Part shown: positions 38,540 through 51,263 of the stretch, piece by piece
Numbering within the stretch: the stretch's first letter is position 1
Layout: every line of letters begins with the position of its first letter
Assembly: GCA_013239625.1 (NCBI GenBank)
Contig: MU053652.1
Span: 5,073,902-5,137,901 of the forward strand
Source: Lama guanicoe
Taxonomy: Eukaryota
DNA: 64,000 bases
Direction of reading: 5' to 3'
Notes under the pieces: model-generated
The model's input: only the letters and a program-made list of their open reading frames with translations
The model's database searches: none
Told to the model about the DNA's origin: nothing
Position numbers and translations under genes: made by a program

Positions 38540-39010
38540 CCTCAATGGGTAAATCTTTTGAGGTCAAACTGGCAATTGGACTAACATTTAATAATGTGGA
38601 TGTCTTTTGACCCAGTAGTTCCACTTCTAGGAATTTAGTCTATAGAAACAAAGATGTATGTACAAGTTTCTGTCCTTCGCATCCAGAGCAGTTTAATACA
38701 AATGCATAATTACAAGTTGTGCTCTCACCCTAGCCCAAGATCTAAGCTGGCAGTGACCATAGCAATTTTTTCCCACTGCATTGCAAGCATGTACCAATAA
38801 ATATGCTATAGCTGTTGAAAACAAATGAGATCTATATATTCTGCTATGGTAATGTATCCAAATGAACAAAGCAAATGCACAGGGTACCTATAATCCTATT
38901 TGGAGGAATATAAAAACAGAATCTAGTGGAATACACCAAACATCATTAGAGCTTACCTTCAAAGGTACAATTATGGGGCACTTTCAACTTTTCAAACCAT
39001 AAATTTCTTA
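38540..39010 (+). mobile_element. L1ME-type 3' fragments
   Basis: ttttgacccagtagttccacttctaggaattta and related decayed motifs. Confidence 0.5.
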
Positions 39011-40407
39011 AAAGATTTTAAAATTTCATTTGGAGGAGGGAAAAACAAGATTAGGTTAAAAAATAAATGAGTGGTTAGCTGGAATAAGATATACAATGAA
39101 AACATGTACTTTTAGTAAAAACAAAACAAAACAAAAAACTGGCCTGCCCACAACCAGAACCTTCAATGCTGAATATCTATTTCATCATACTGGGTCCCAG
39201 GCTGCGGCCAGGGTCACCACTCAGGGGTGTCTGCCAACCAAAAGGGATTATGCAGGGCAGGCTAAACAGTCATAGAAGGGCTGAATCATGAGGGCTCCAG
39301 GTGCCCAGTGGTGCACTGTTTCCATGGCAGGTGGGCATCACTAGCTGCAAATGAACTGCCAATCTCACTGTGAGCTGATAATGATGCTGCTACTACCACC
39401 TGCCTGCCATATGTTTTCCCTACTTGTCACGTAACAAGGAACTGCATTTTGGCATGCTCATCACTGACAAGTCTGATACTACTGGTTAATGTCTGTTATA
39501 ACTAGCAGTGGCCCTTCATATAGCTGAGGAATAGTGGATGAAGAATAAGATATTCTTTTGCCAACTGACCACTGACTAAACCTCCACATTTTACAGTAGA
39601 CCAGCCAGCTGTTCTTCCTTCACTCCTAAGTCCAAGAGCTACTAATTGAATGGCTCTAACCTATTCCCAATTTGTGCCCTGTGTTCCTGTTTCCCATTTG
39701 CAGAGGAGACAAGGAGCATAGACTTCCCACTGTGATGAAGTGAATCAATCCTCTCCCTAAATCATCCTAGTGCAGTCAATAAAGACTGATGTTAACCCAT
39801 GGGGTTTCCTTTTTTAGCTTGAACACAAGGCAGAGATTAGCAAAGGGTATGACATCATAATTCAAGAACTGCTGGTGATGGAACACTGTCTTATAGCAGC
39901 AGATAATCTGAACATAATACAATATGGTAAAATACATTTGGTGTAACCATCAACTGCCTCCACGTTCACTGTCCCTATCTATGTCAGAGAATTTCAAAAT
40001 ATAAGGTGAGTTATCTACACCTGGTCAACAAACTGAGACCTAGTTTCCAAAAAGAAGGAAGGCAGATTTTGAAAATCATTTATCTTTTTAGGTAAAAGAA
40101 AGTGAACACACAAATGTGACAGAAATCAATGAAGCATGTCAACCAAACATCTTATATTCCCATTAATGATGAGAACTTAAAGGTAATTATCCAACAGCAC
40201 TTTTTATGAATTAGTTAAGTCACTAGACAAGTATATACTTCCCTTAATAAGGGCACTCCTTGTACATTTCAGCTGCCACCTCCATCCACACTCTCACCCA
40301 CACTCTCATGGATAAAATGCCAACCAGCAATAACACTGAGATAGAAATACCAAGTCCTCCTTGCCATTCATTTAGCAGTCATTCTGCCAACAGTCAGTAA
40401 CAGTCAG

Positions 40408-40755
40408 AAGTATACCAATTTGGGTGAGTTTTAGTGTATTCACAATGCTGTGCAACCACCATCACCTAATTCCAGACTCCTTTCATCACCTAAAGAGAAA
40501 CGCTTTATCCATTAAGCAGTCACTCCCCATTCTCTCCTTCTTCCAGCCCTTGGCAACCGCCAATCTACTTACTGTCTCTTTGGATTTGCCTGTTCTGGAC
40601 ATTTCATTTAAACAGAAACATACAGTAAGTGGTCTTTTGTATCTCATCTTTCACATGGCGTAATGCTTTCAAGGTTCACCCAGGTTGTCCTGTATGTCAG
40701 TACTTCGTTTCCTTTTACAGCAGAGTGTACGCAGAGTGTGCGTGTTACCATATTG
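40408..40755 (-). mobile_element. L1MB-type 3' end, antisense
   Basis: ttttagtgtattcacaatgctgtgcaaccaccatcacctaattccaga...ccattaagcagtcactccccattc...ggatttgcctgttctggacatttcat. Confidence 0.85.
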
Positions 40756-43700
40756 TGTTTCTCCGTGAAAATACACGTTTGAGACTGCAGCCATAATAAG
40801 AGAAAATGCATTGAGAACCACTGTAATAAAATCTTTTAATGATAAAAATAATCTTATTTTTTACAGAAAAAGGCCTTGAGAATCCATTGAGAGCCGCTGA
40901 CACCATGTGCAGAAGAATTACTATTATTAACAACTACGCCATCAGAGTCAAATCATGTAATGGAAATACTTGAATATCCTAATCTATCCAGTTCAGAGAG
41001 TCCAACCAAATCTATTTATTAGAAAATGTCACTCTTTCACAGAGAGGAAGAAATCTTTCAGGGTTTAAGTCTCAGGGGATGGTTCAAATAACCAACCAGC
41101 CACTCCAGAGGAAAGCAAACTTCTTCCGAGCAGGTCATTTGCTCAAGACAAATAGCAAGGCACTGTTTAGAATGCCAAAAATGATACAGATAGAATCTAC
41201 GAACAGGGGCTTTCAAACAACATGATCCCTATAAGGTACTAACCCTCCTATGGGCTGCACTTTCTTCCACATTTCCTTGCATAAACTTACTTAAAAAGAA
41301 CCAGACTGTAACTCAGGTTTCAAGGACTCTCATGTCTTCATTACTTAGCCTGTTTGAATATATCCTTGGTATACATAGCAATGTATTTCTCCCTGATGTG
41401 TCACGTGTTTCTATGCGATGTTCTTCCTGCCAGCTGACCCAATTCCACAGTGGAAAACGAATGGTAAATTCTACTACAGCACAGAAGTAAGGGAATAAAC
41501 AGAAAGACCAAGGAGCCCTCCTCCATAATTCAGCATGCAAAGATGTTTTTATCCTTGTGCTATTAAAGAAAAATCTGTCTTTTAGCACATAAAATAATCT
41601 CAAAATAGGAAAATCAGTTTACTCATTATGTAACTGTTTGAGCTATAGATTAATCTAATCATCAAAAGATCCACCAAAGAATATAGTGATGATACTTAAC
41701 AATACTCTGCCACTATAGAATTACCACAGAAGTTTAGACAACTCCATGGGAAAGAGGATAAAGCTCAAACTTCTAGCTGCTCTACAGGGTAATGGGCAAA
41801 TGCCCGGGGAATGTAAGCAGATCCTGATGCAACCACCTGGATCACACAACAGTACCAACCTCTGAACACGAGAAAATCACCAACTGAGGTTTCTATCTAT
41901 AGCCAAAAGCTTACCACAATCACTGGCCAAGATCTTCATGCAAACTAATCTACAGGGAGATTTCTCAATCTCAAAAGAATGTGTGATGCTCAATCACTTC
42001 ATTTCATTCAGTACATTTCAGAACAACTAGTAGGTGTAGGAAATAGAAATCAAACTGTCTTAGAAAAAGAGCAGGCAAAATATATACACAGATACACAAA
42101 CAAAATTTCACATATGTATATATGTGAAATCAAACAGAACAGTAATGCGTATAAATATATTAAAGAACAACAATGAAATTTCAGGTTAATTATGTACTGA
42201 AAAAGAAAGGGTGGGTCCATAATTTATCCTCTCTTACTTTCTCTGTAAAAGATACAAAAGATCTTTTTTTTTTAATTTGGCATGTCAAGACGCACAGGCA
42301 TGTTTAAATCAAATAAACTGAAGCACTTATAAAGAGAACCTACGTAAGAAATGATGGTAACTAATAAAAGGTTATAAATTGAAGTGCTGTATCACAGTCA
42401 ATAAAACGAGCATTCTATAGTGACATCCAATAAAATTCCCATGAGTAAATATCAAAATAAACCTAACAATATAGCAATTAAATCAATAAAATATTCGATG
42501 ATAAGTATGAAGTTCAAAAGTCTAGAAGAATAACCCATAGGTAATAGGAAATTGTAGGCATGTTAGTGATGCTCTAGTCTGGAGCAAATGTGAAAGAGAA
42601 TAGAGAAGAATTAACTAGAATTGATAAAAAAAAAAAAAGCAACTCCCAAACCTAAAAAAAAAATGAACATAATCAATTTTTAATAATTTCACACTATGTC
42701 AGTAATCAATCTTTATCTGTGAAAGTCTTTAAAAAAAACAGACATTTTTGCTTCTCCTAAACACTGGGAAACTATTTTTTAGCTGCTTAAAGGTGGCTAG
42801 GCTGTGGGGCAGAGGGACATCTATGACATAATAGTTATTCAAAGAGGATGAATAATCTGCCCAAAAATTATACAAAATCTCTTCTGCAACATAAAATGGC
42901 AAAGTCATACAATTTGGAACAGCTGAGCTTACAAAGACTGAAAATAGAAAATATATCTGAGTAGTAAGTTGCTTCTTAAAAAATGATGAGTTAAATTTTT
43001 TTATTATATAAAGATCATTTTTTAATTCCAACTCTTAGGTAGTTAATTGAGCTTTTAAGGAATAACATAAAATGAATGACTGTATTTAAAATCAAATGAA
43101 AGGGACCACAGTTATCACTTAGGGCAAGCATACACCACTATATAAAGGAAAGCAGATTCAGTTGAGTTATGTGAATTACCCAAATTTAAACAGCAATTCA
43201 ATGAAAGAGTTATGACTAGATTCTACATATCAGAGCAAATAGAATTTGAAAGAACAAGAATAGTAATCTGCAATAAAAATAAGTCATTTCAGTAAATTAA
43301 ATCTGTTACATGCCTGGAGAGAAATACAGTCTAAGAGCCCAAGGTCTTCCAAGCCTCAGTCATTTGAGAAGCAACCCTTAAAATAAACAAAGGATACAAC
43401 GCAGGTGGCTGAAGGGGTAGTTCATAAGAAGGCTGAGTGATAGAAACTTGCAACTTCTTTTACTGTCTCTGGCTCTCTCTAAAACTACCCAACTTACACC
43501 TATGCTTCCTGGTGATCTATTATGCAAGCAAATCCTGTTGTTTTTAAATAACTAAGGGAATGATGGAAGGTTAAAATAAAGCATTAAGCTTAAAATTAGA
43601 GAATTAAAATCTCAAAAAACAAAAGGTTGTCTTTTTATTTTTTATTTATTTAATTTTTCATATCTTTCAGGTTGTCTTTTTAAATGAGATAAAATACATG

Positions 43701-46700
43701 GGACTTAATGGGGGGGAGAGCAGCTTTTATACTTCTTAAATGATCAAATCCTGCATAAAAAAGTACTGAGCGTTAATTAACAGACCTAATTATACACAAA
43801 TTATAATTATATATAAATAGGAAACTTTTTGTACTTAACTCTTCTAAATTTTAGATCCTCCTAGATCTAGAAGTCTGATTTTTGTAAGCTCAGTGATTCT
43901 GATTATACGGTATGATCTGTTTATTAAAACATAAAGCCACCAAAAAAATTAAGATGAACATAAATTGGTGAAATAAATAATACAGTCATGGAATAAAAAT
44001 GACATAGCGACTGACATTTTCGCTTTAAAAAATTTCATTTAAGGATGTGAGGAAATGTTCAAGTGACACTGCCAGTTTGAAAAAATAAGGACATATATAG
44101 ATTGATTCAAATAAAAACATTTAAGTAAAAGAAAATATCCCCAAATGTTAACAATGCTCTGAATTACTTTTAATTCTCCTTTATTTTCCAAACTTATTAT
44201 AATGAACATATATTGCTTTCATAATCAGGAAACAAAAAAACACAGAAGGAAAACAAAAGATCATCACAGTTAAGATGCGGTCTAGGTACCATTAAGACAA
44301 CAGGGGAGACTTGATTCTCTGGCTCTAACTCTCCAGAAAGCTTGTAATCAACTGACAAATTTTTATTCCGTGTTTACATGTTCCTACTTCCCCATTTTCA
44401 AAGATAACTTACAAAACTATCGTTAACTGTGTACAACATTCTAAAAACCAGGAAAATATTTGGCAAATAAACCAACTGAGGAGGATGTCAATGGGGTTAT
44501 CAACAAAGAAGGGTCAAGATCAAAGCTTTGCAATGCTTTCCAAAGTCCAGAACTAAGGAAGTAAGACAGCACACAGTAGCAAGCTGATTAGAACTACTAG
44601 AAATGAAGACACTCCATTTCTCAAAAAGATAAAATAAAAATGGGAATGCACAAGGAGATCCGTATCTGTGGAAACCGCATAGGAATCTTTCATTTTTTCT
44701 GCGAAATGGGAACGCTACCTCTACTTGAGTGATTACAAGACCAGACAGTGATTAACACATTGAGAATGGAGAGAGATCAGAATTTACATTCTAGGCTATA
44801 CAGCCAAAGAGAATCCTAAACCTACATTAATTTAGTCCTTAAAAGAAAAACAAGCTCATGAAGTTTCAGGTACCAAAGGAAAAATCAGAGCTGGTCTTCA
44901 ACACTTGTTATATCTCCAATGACCAGAGAGAACCAGATTTAATTGCATCAGGGAACTTCACTTACATGTTTATAAAAATAAAACAAAATCTCACTACTGC
45001 TGAAGATGTACCTGGCCTAATTTATCTCCATCTATTTTGGTTAATACGCACTTAACTGTACCATTTAGAATCAGTAGAAACCTAAAGGTAACACTATGGA
45101 AAAATGACAATATAATATGATACTATCTGCATAACCAGTATGCCTACATTTTTTTTAATAAAGCTGCATTTCCATTTCATTTTGTTCTCAATATAACTCT
45201 TGTTTAGTACTAACACAAATCATTAATTGCTTAAGTGTTGACTATGATATGAGCAACCAAGAATCATCATTCTCTAATACCAATCATAACAAATCTCTCA
45301 CCTAAAGTATCAGTGAAGTACTTTAAACAAAACATGCTACCTACAGGATTAGAAATAAACCCACTTCACAGTGTTACTTCAAATGTAATGAATATCTGAA
45401 TTCATTGATGACTCTAACAACCCACCTCTTAAAAGTAAATCAAATTGGCAAATTAATACTTTGAAATGCTGGATTAATTAATTGACTGTTCATTTGGGGA
45501 GTTGAATAGCAGGACATTCAACATTTATTTCTAACTGATGGTCAAACAAGCTATGGTTGTCAGACAGGTGAGTTCAGAAAAGGGAGCCTCTTCAATGTGG
45601 GGCTTTGAGTAAGGCTGGGGGTTAAAAAAAAATGCTGGATGGGGCATACTCCGCCCTTTATTTAGCTTGGTTTGGGTCACAGTAAATTAAGTTCTCATCA
45701 GTTCTCCTGTCAGTTCCCATGGAAACTATCAGGCTGTGAAAAATGTACCAGGAATTTCAGAAAAGGAAGCCAACTGGATGTTGAGTTCTCCCCAGACTCT
45801 CCCTTCCCCAGGCACACTCCCACTTCCTCTCTGAGTCAGGAAGACACAAATCAAGGCCACAGAGCATAGCCGGATCAAAGAGGCTCTAAGAAGATGGGCA
45901 AGCAACAGAGTGTACTCTTGTTAGACTGGTTTTAAAGGCCACAGGGGCTAAGGAACATAAAATGCTGGCCACCTTCTCTCTCTTAAGAATTCATTCTGTA
46001 TTCCTCTCCTCTCCTCCCTGGCTCCTTTTTCACTTCCCCTTCCCTCACTCAACCGCATCAAGACATAGACTAGAATAAGTTCACATTTTATCTGTCATAT
46101 TATGTACTGCTCCCTGTTCTTAATTTTCCTAAGCCCTGACTCAGGAGTTTGCTATTATCGATAGAGCTCTTATGATATGCCCAGCATTGCACTGAGTGCT
46201 TTCCATATATTACCTCATTTAATGCTCATGACAGGCCTGAATTAGGTAATGCTACCCCAGAGATTAAAATCCACGTCTATTTGGTTCCAAAAGGCCATAT
46301 GCTAAACAACTGCTAATAGCCAACAATAGGACATTGATTAAATGCTCACTTGGTATTAAATGATAGAAGTATTTCATGTACAAGTCTATTTAATGACACA
46401 GGGAAACCATCACACTGAAGGTTACAAAACAGTTAAGCACCATATAATTACTGGCTAAGTTGAAAATTATGCAAATAACCAACTGCATAAGAAGAAGATT
46501 GGAATAATACATACTCAAGTATTAATAGATGCTACCCCTGGTGGTAGTTTCTTTTTGCTTTGACTTTTTATATATATATATTTTTAAAAAGGAACAAGTA
46601 TTACTTTTGTGACCGATAAAATAGGCAATAAATGTTATTTATAGCAAAACAGCAAAAACAAAATACACTATCATAAATAAGGACAGAATGGACAATATAA

Positions 46701-46899
46701 CCAATATTAGCAGAATTTGTAGTTACATTTTCAAGTAGGAAAATTATGGCCACAGAGAAAACTAGGCTGAAAACAATGACATCTCTTAGAAGTTTTAAGG
46801 ACATAAAAATGAAACACAAATGCAAAGATATCATTTTGGTAATACGAATGAAATCTTAAACTATTTAAGATACTAGTATTTGAAGAATACCCACCCAGC

Positions 46900-47095
46900 C
46901 ATGAACACATCTAACTATGGAGGCCTAAAATATCTCTGGAAAGAGTTACAAGGAAATGGTAATACTGGTTGCTTCTGAGGAGGTAAACTGAATTGGTGAA
47001 GGGTCACAGTAGAAGGGAGCCCCTGTAATTATTTACCCTTTACTAGCGTTTCAGTTTTGAATCAAGTGAATGTATTACCTACTCAAATAATTTAA
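46900..47095 (+). mobile_element. L1ME4-like 3' end
   Basis: ctctggaaagagttacaaggaaatggtaatactggttgcttctgaggagg...gtgaatgtattacctactcaaa. Confidence 0.6.
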
Positions 47096-50000
47096 AAAGT
47101 AAACAACCTCTCTCACACACATAGAAGAAAAACTTAAAACAATGTTATTGTTTTCCTGGCAAATAAAAATGTCTGAAAGATAAAATGATATGTTAACTAA
47201 TTTAAATGTCTGCCTATTTCATATAATAGTTGGTCAAAAATATCCTATGTTTCCATATTGGTTTTCCTGCCAAATGACTTCAAAGATGTCTGTTTCAGCA
47301 AATGAAACAAAAAGAGTCGTTTCTTGATTTGACTTTGAAAATCTTTAGGAGAAAATAAAAAAAGATGCACTGCTTTATCCATATATGTGCTTTCTAAAAA
47401 TGACACCTCCGTCTATTTTTTTTTAAGTAAAGAACATGTTATGTTATATAAAACAAAAAAAATAGTTTCAAATTATGTCTCCCTGGCTGTTTAAAAATTA
47501 AATTTAAGAAACCCTGTAAGGAAAAGTATCTTTGCCTTGCCATGGAAATCTTACCAATGCAAAGAGGAATTTCTACAAGCAAAGGAAGAAACAGGAACCC
47601 AAAGACAGCAACCTGGACACACAGGGGTAGAGGACAGGATCATGAAGTGGAGGTCAAGGAAGAAACAACCAAATCCAAGCATCACTTCCAGGAAAGCAGA
47701 CCATGCAAGGAAAATACACTTCCCACAGATTCTGAAGCAGGTCCCAGTGTCATTCAAACAGTAACTCTTTTCTGAGTGAATATGATGTCCAAGCTCCCCA
47801 CATAGTCAAGTCAGCTAGATGCTGCCACTCACTTAGCACACCTACACCCTGGTCCATCAACTACAATCCCCTCTGGAAGGGACATCCAGACTTAAAAGGG
47901 ATGATCAACAATTTTTTTCTCATCCATGCCTCTCCCTTTCCAAAAATAGGGAGAAATGATAATTAAAGTAGGCAGAGAATTTTACATGTTTCACAACCTC
48001 ATTTAGCCTGGAAAATTTTGTGTCCACCCCAGATGGCCCAAGCCTAAGGAGAAACTGGAACTATCAAGCCAACTAAGTGGACTTTTTTCAGAGAGAATCT
48101 AATGCTTTGTTAACTTTGATAAAGAACCAAGTCTCATGCTGCTGGGAGGAAGAACAGAAACAAGAAAAAATCATTTAGCAAATCACTTTTTTCCTCAGAA
48201 GGCCAGAAAGGTCCCAGGGATCCACCGCATCGGCCAAGTCAGACAGCACGGCAGATGGGGCACGTGTGTTACAGAATGAGAGCTACCACAAGCTTAGAAG
48301 TTTGAAGGTCTAAGCCCCTTGGAGGAGGGGGATGGAACATGGAAGGCAGAGGATGAGAGGGAAAAGGCAGGACAACAACCAGAAGGTTAGAGAGACAGAA
48401 GGAAAGGAAGAGGGAGTGTGTGTCTGTACAGGGGGAGACATGAGAGACTGTCAGTATCATTTGCACTCCCTGAACGGACAGAGACGTCACAAATCCATCT
48501 AGACTTAGCGATCTAACTACCATTTTCCCTTCTGAAAGCTATGGCTAGCGACAACCAAATGAGAAACACTAAGCAGCAGCAACATGACTCATCTTTGTCT
48601 TCAAAAACTCACATGCTGGGCAGTTCAAACCGCACGATGCTTTTCTTCCACGCAGCTGGTGGCACCACTGACAATGGGAGAAAAACTGGTAGGAAATATG
48701 AGAAGACTCCGGGCCAACTCAAGGAGTCACTCATTCTGCTGCATTTGGTTTCTAACACCATTATTTCAAAATATAGTGGACTGATAAGTGATGGAGAGAA
48801 ACAAACCCCGGCCCTCCAATGGGAGGAAATCATCTGAAGGTCCCAAAAAAGGGAGAAGAGAGGTCCCTGCCCCAATGGGAAACTTGATTGTGACCCCAAC
48901 CATAACAGTTTAAACATTTCAGGTGAAAAGATCTATAAGATACTCTGACCATAACTCAGTAACATAAGCATTAGTGGGAAAAGAATGAAGTCAATCTCTT
49001 AGCTTTCTCCTGGGGAAGGGGGAAGGTCCTGCTAGATAAAAGCTAATTAGAGCCACTCCACAGAGGTGGTAGAGATTTATCCTGCATGCAAACACACCTC
49101 TCAAACCTCAGGTATTCACATTCACTGATGTTTAAAATAAGTCTTTCTAGTGTGCAAAGATTAAACTTTCTGAACTGTAAAGGGATCAAGTATGTCAACT
49201 AGTATAAACAGGGTAAAAAAACGTTCACTGCTCCTTTACAGAGAAGGAAACAAAGGAAATCAAAAAAACCATCAAACAAGGTCCTAGAGTTAGAAGTGCT
49301 TTTCCCACCTCCAGCCTGTCTTGTGAAGGGGGTGGAGGGGGGCAGCCTCGCTACGATAGCCACTCCCCTCCCTCCAGAGACACTATCAGGAAAGCTACAC
49401 AGTGATCAGTAAACGTTGTTACATCAGGGACTGATCAGAGATACCAGGATGACCAACTGAGCCTTTCTGGATTCTTCAGTAAGATCCTATTAAATAGGTT
49501 CCTTTGCATTTTATAGGACAAAGAAAATAAGGCAGACTGGAAGAAATAAATACATCGCAAGTGTAAAAATTTGAACAGCATCTTCAGCTGCATATCTTGC
49601 TGCCTCTGAGGTCACAGAAATGTGTCCTACCTTTTCATTGTAATGTGGGCTGACAATTATGGACAAGACTGCAGGTCTGCATTTGGGGTGCTAGTTTCTC
49701 TTCCTATCCTGAGGAACTCAAGAGGGTCCCATGCAGCTGTCTGCTTCCACCTCCTCCCCAAATTTCACACCCGAGTTTCAGCTGTCAAAATACTATGCCC
49801 ACTTTGCAAGTAAAGAAACAGAGGTATCGTGAATGCAAACATTCGGGGCTGAGTCTCTCTGCTCTTAAGATCCACTGGAAGAGGGAAGAAGCTGCCCCAG
49901 CTCTACAACTGTGCACAGCACCATGTTACCAAAATGTTCAACTGGCTACTAACCAGTGCCCAGGTCACCCTGCTATTCACCTCCTTCCTTTCTTCCTTTC

Positions 50001-50898
50001 TCTTACATTCCCTTCTCTGCCCTCCTCACCCTCTCTCTTTTCTGATAATGGGATGTCGGGTCTTCAGGTGGCAGAAACCAGGCCCAGTGCAGGAAAATCA
50101 GATGCTTACCTGGCATCTCCTGTCCAGTGCCCTCAATGTGTCAAAGTCTAGCCCGGAAGGCTGAGAAGCGGGGCTCAGCGGCACTGGCCAGGCTGAAAGG
50201 GACCCCAGACATCACAGAAGTAGCAAAGTAGAGCAAGTCGCTGACTTATTTACTTCCAATTCACGTGGACTATAATTGAAGAATAGGGACACGATGAACC
50301 CCGAGATGGGAGATGGGACCGGCAGGAAGCAGTCAGGGCCCATCAAGCGTCTGTCACTTAGAGCTTTAAAATAATAATGAAGGTTTCAAGTGAAAAACAT
50401 TAACTTTCTGCCTACGCATTGGCTAAATCCCTCTGTCAAATCAGTTTTTGGAGAGAACAAATTACAAATGCTGCACATTTTCGAAAAGACAGAGAAATGG
50501 CCCCAAACTAGACTTCTTGCACTAGAGACTGACTGCTCGGCTGCCTCATGAAGACGGTTAAGAGCCCAGTGGTGAGGTGTGGGGCGTCTGCTGATCTAAT
50601 CTGGAGCAATTAGTTAACACCTTACTTCTGTGAATAAAAGTCATATTTTACGTTAAGACAAGAAAAATTTAAACATAAAAAAGTCTTCTCTGCCCTCTGG
50701 CCTCCTCTCCCCGCACTGTGCACTGTGTATCTGTACCATGCATCCACCACATCCCCCCCGCCAGCAGGAATACCTGCTCAACCATGCAGGCCAACATTCT
50801 CCCAGCATCAAGACAGCTCCTTAAAGGACAACATTCCTTTCTTTTTTATGTCTTTAATTTTTTTTAATTTTTCTTTTATTGAACAACATTCCTTTCTT

Positions 50899-50997
50899 GA
50901 TTTTGTTTATTGTTGTTGTTGTTTTTTAACGGATTGAACCCAGGACCTCGTGCATGCTAAGTATGTGCTCTACCATTGAGCTACATCCATTCTCTGT
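50899..50997 (-). mobile_element. Short Vic-1/tRNA-Ala-derived SINE (tRNA-like head plus A-rich tail)
   Basis: Minus strand reads GGATGTAGCTCAATGGTAGAGCACATACTTAGCATGCACGAGGTCCTGGGTTCAATCC followed by aaaaaacaacaacaac. Flanking repeat cctttctt at 50891-50898 and 50999-51006. Confidence 0.8.
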
Positions 50998-51014
50998 CCC
51001 TTTCTTCATCTTAT

Positions 51015-51263
51015 AAGGGGTCACCTGACCCACCAGGATGATGCTTAGATCTGGATTATGTAAACTGTTAATCAGATATCAGATATCATCTGATGTACAG
51101 CCCCGTGTCTCAAAAAACTTATATAACTGTGCCTTCATTTCTAACTGGTGGAAGAATTCTCAGAGCTTTCTGAGATGCTCTTCCCAGGTTATAATCCTCA
51201 AATCTGGCTCGAATAAAATTTTCCATTTCTTTCTCAGATGGACTGATTAATTCTTTGTCGACA
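51015..51263 (+). mobile_element. Partial ERV1-class LTR (MER34/MER39-like), 3' half
   Basis: TATA-like ttatataa near 51119, tcccaggttataatcctca, AATAAA at 51212-51217, terminal gtcgaCA. Confidence 0.7.
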
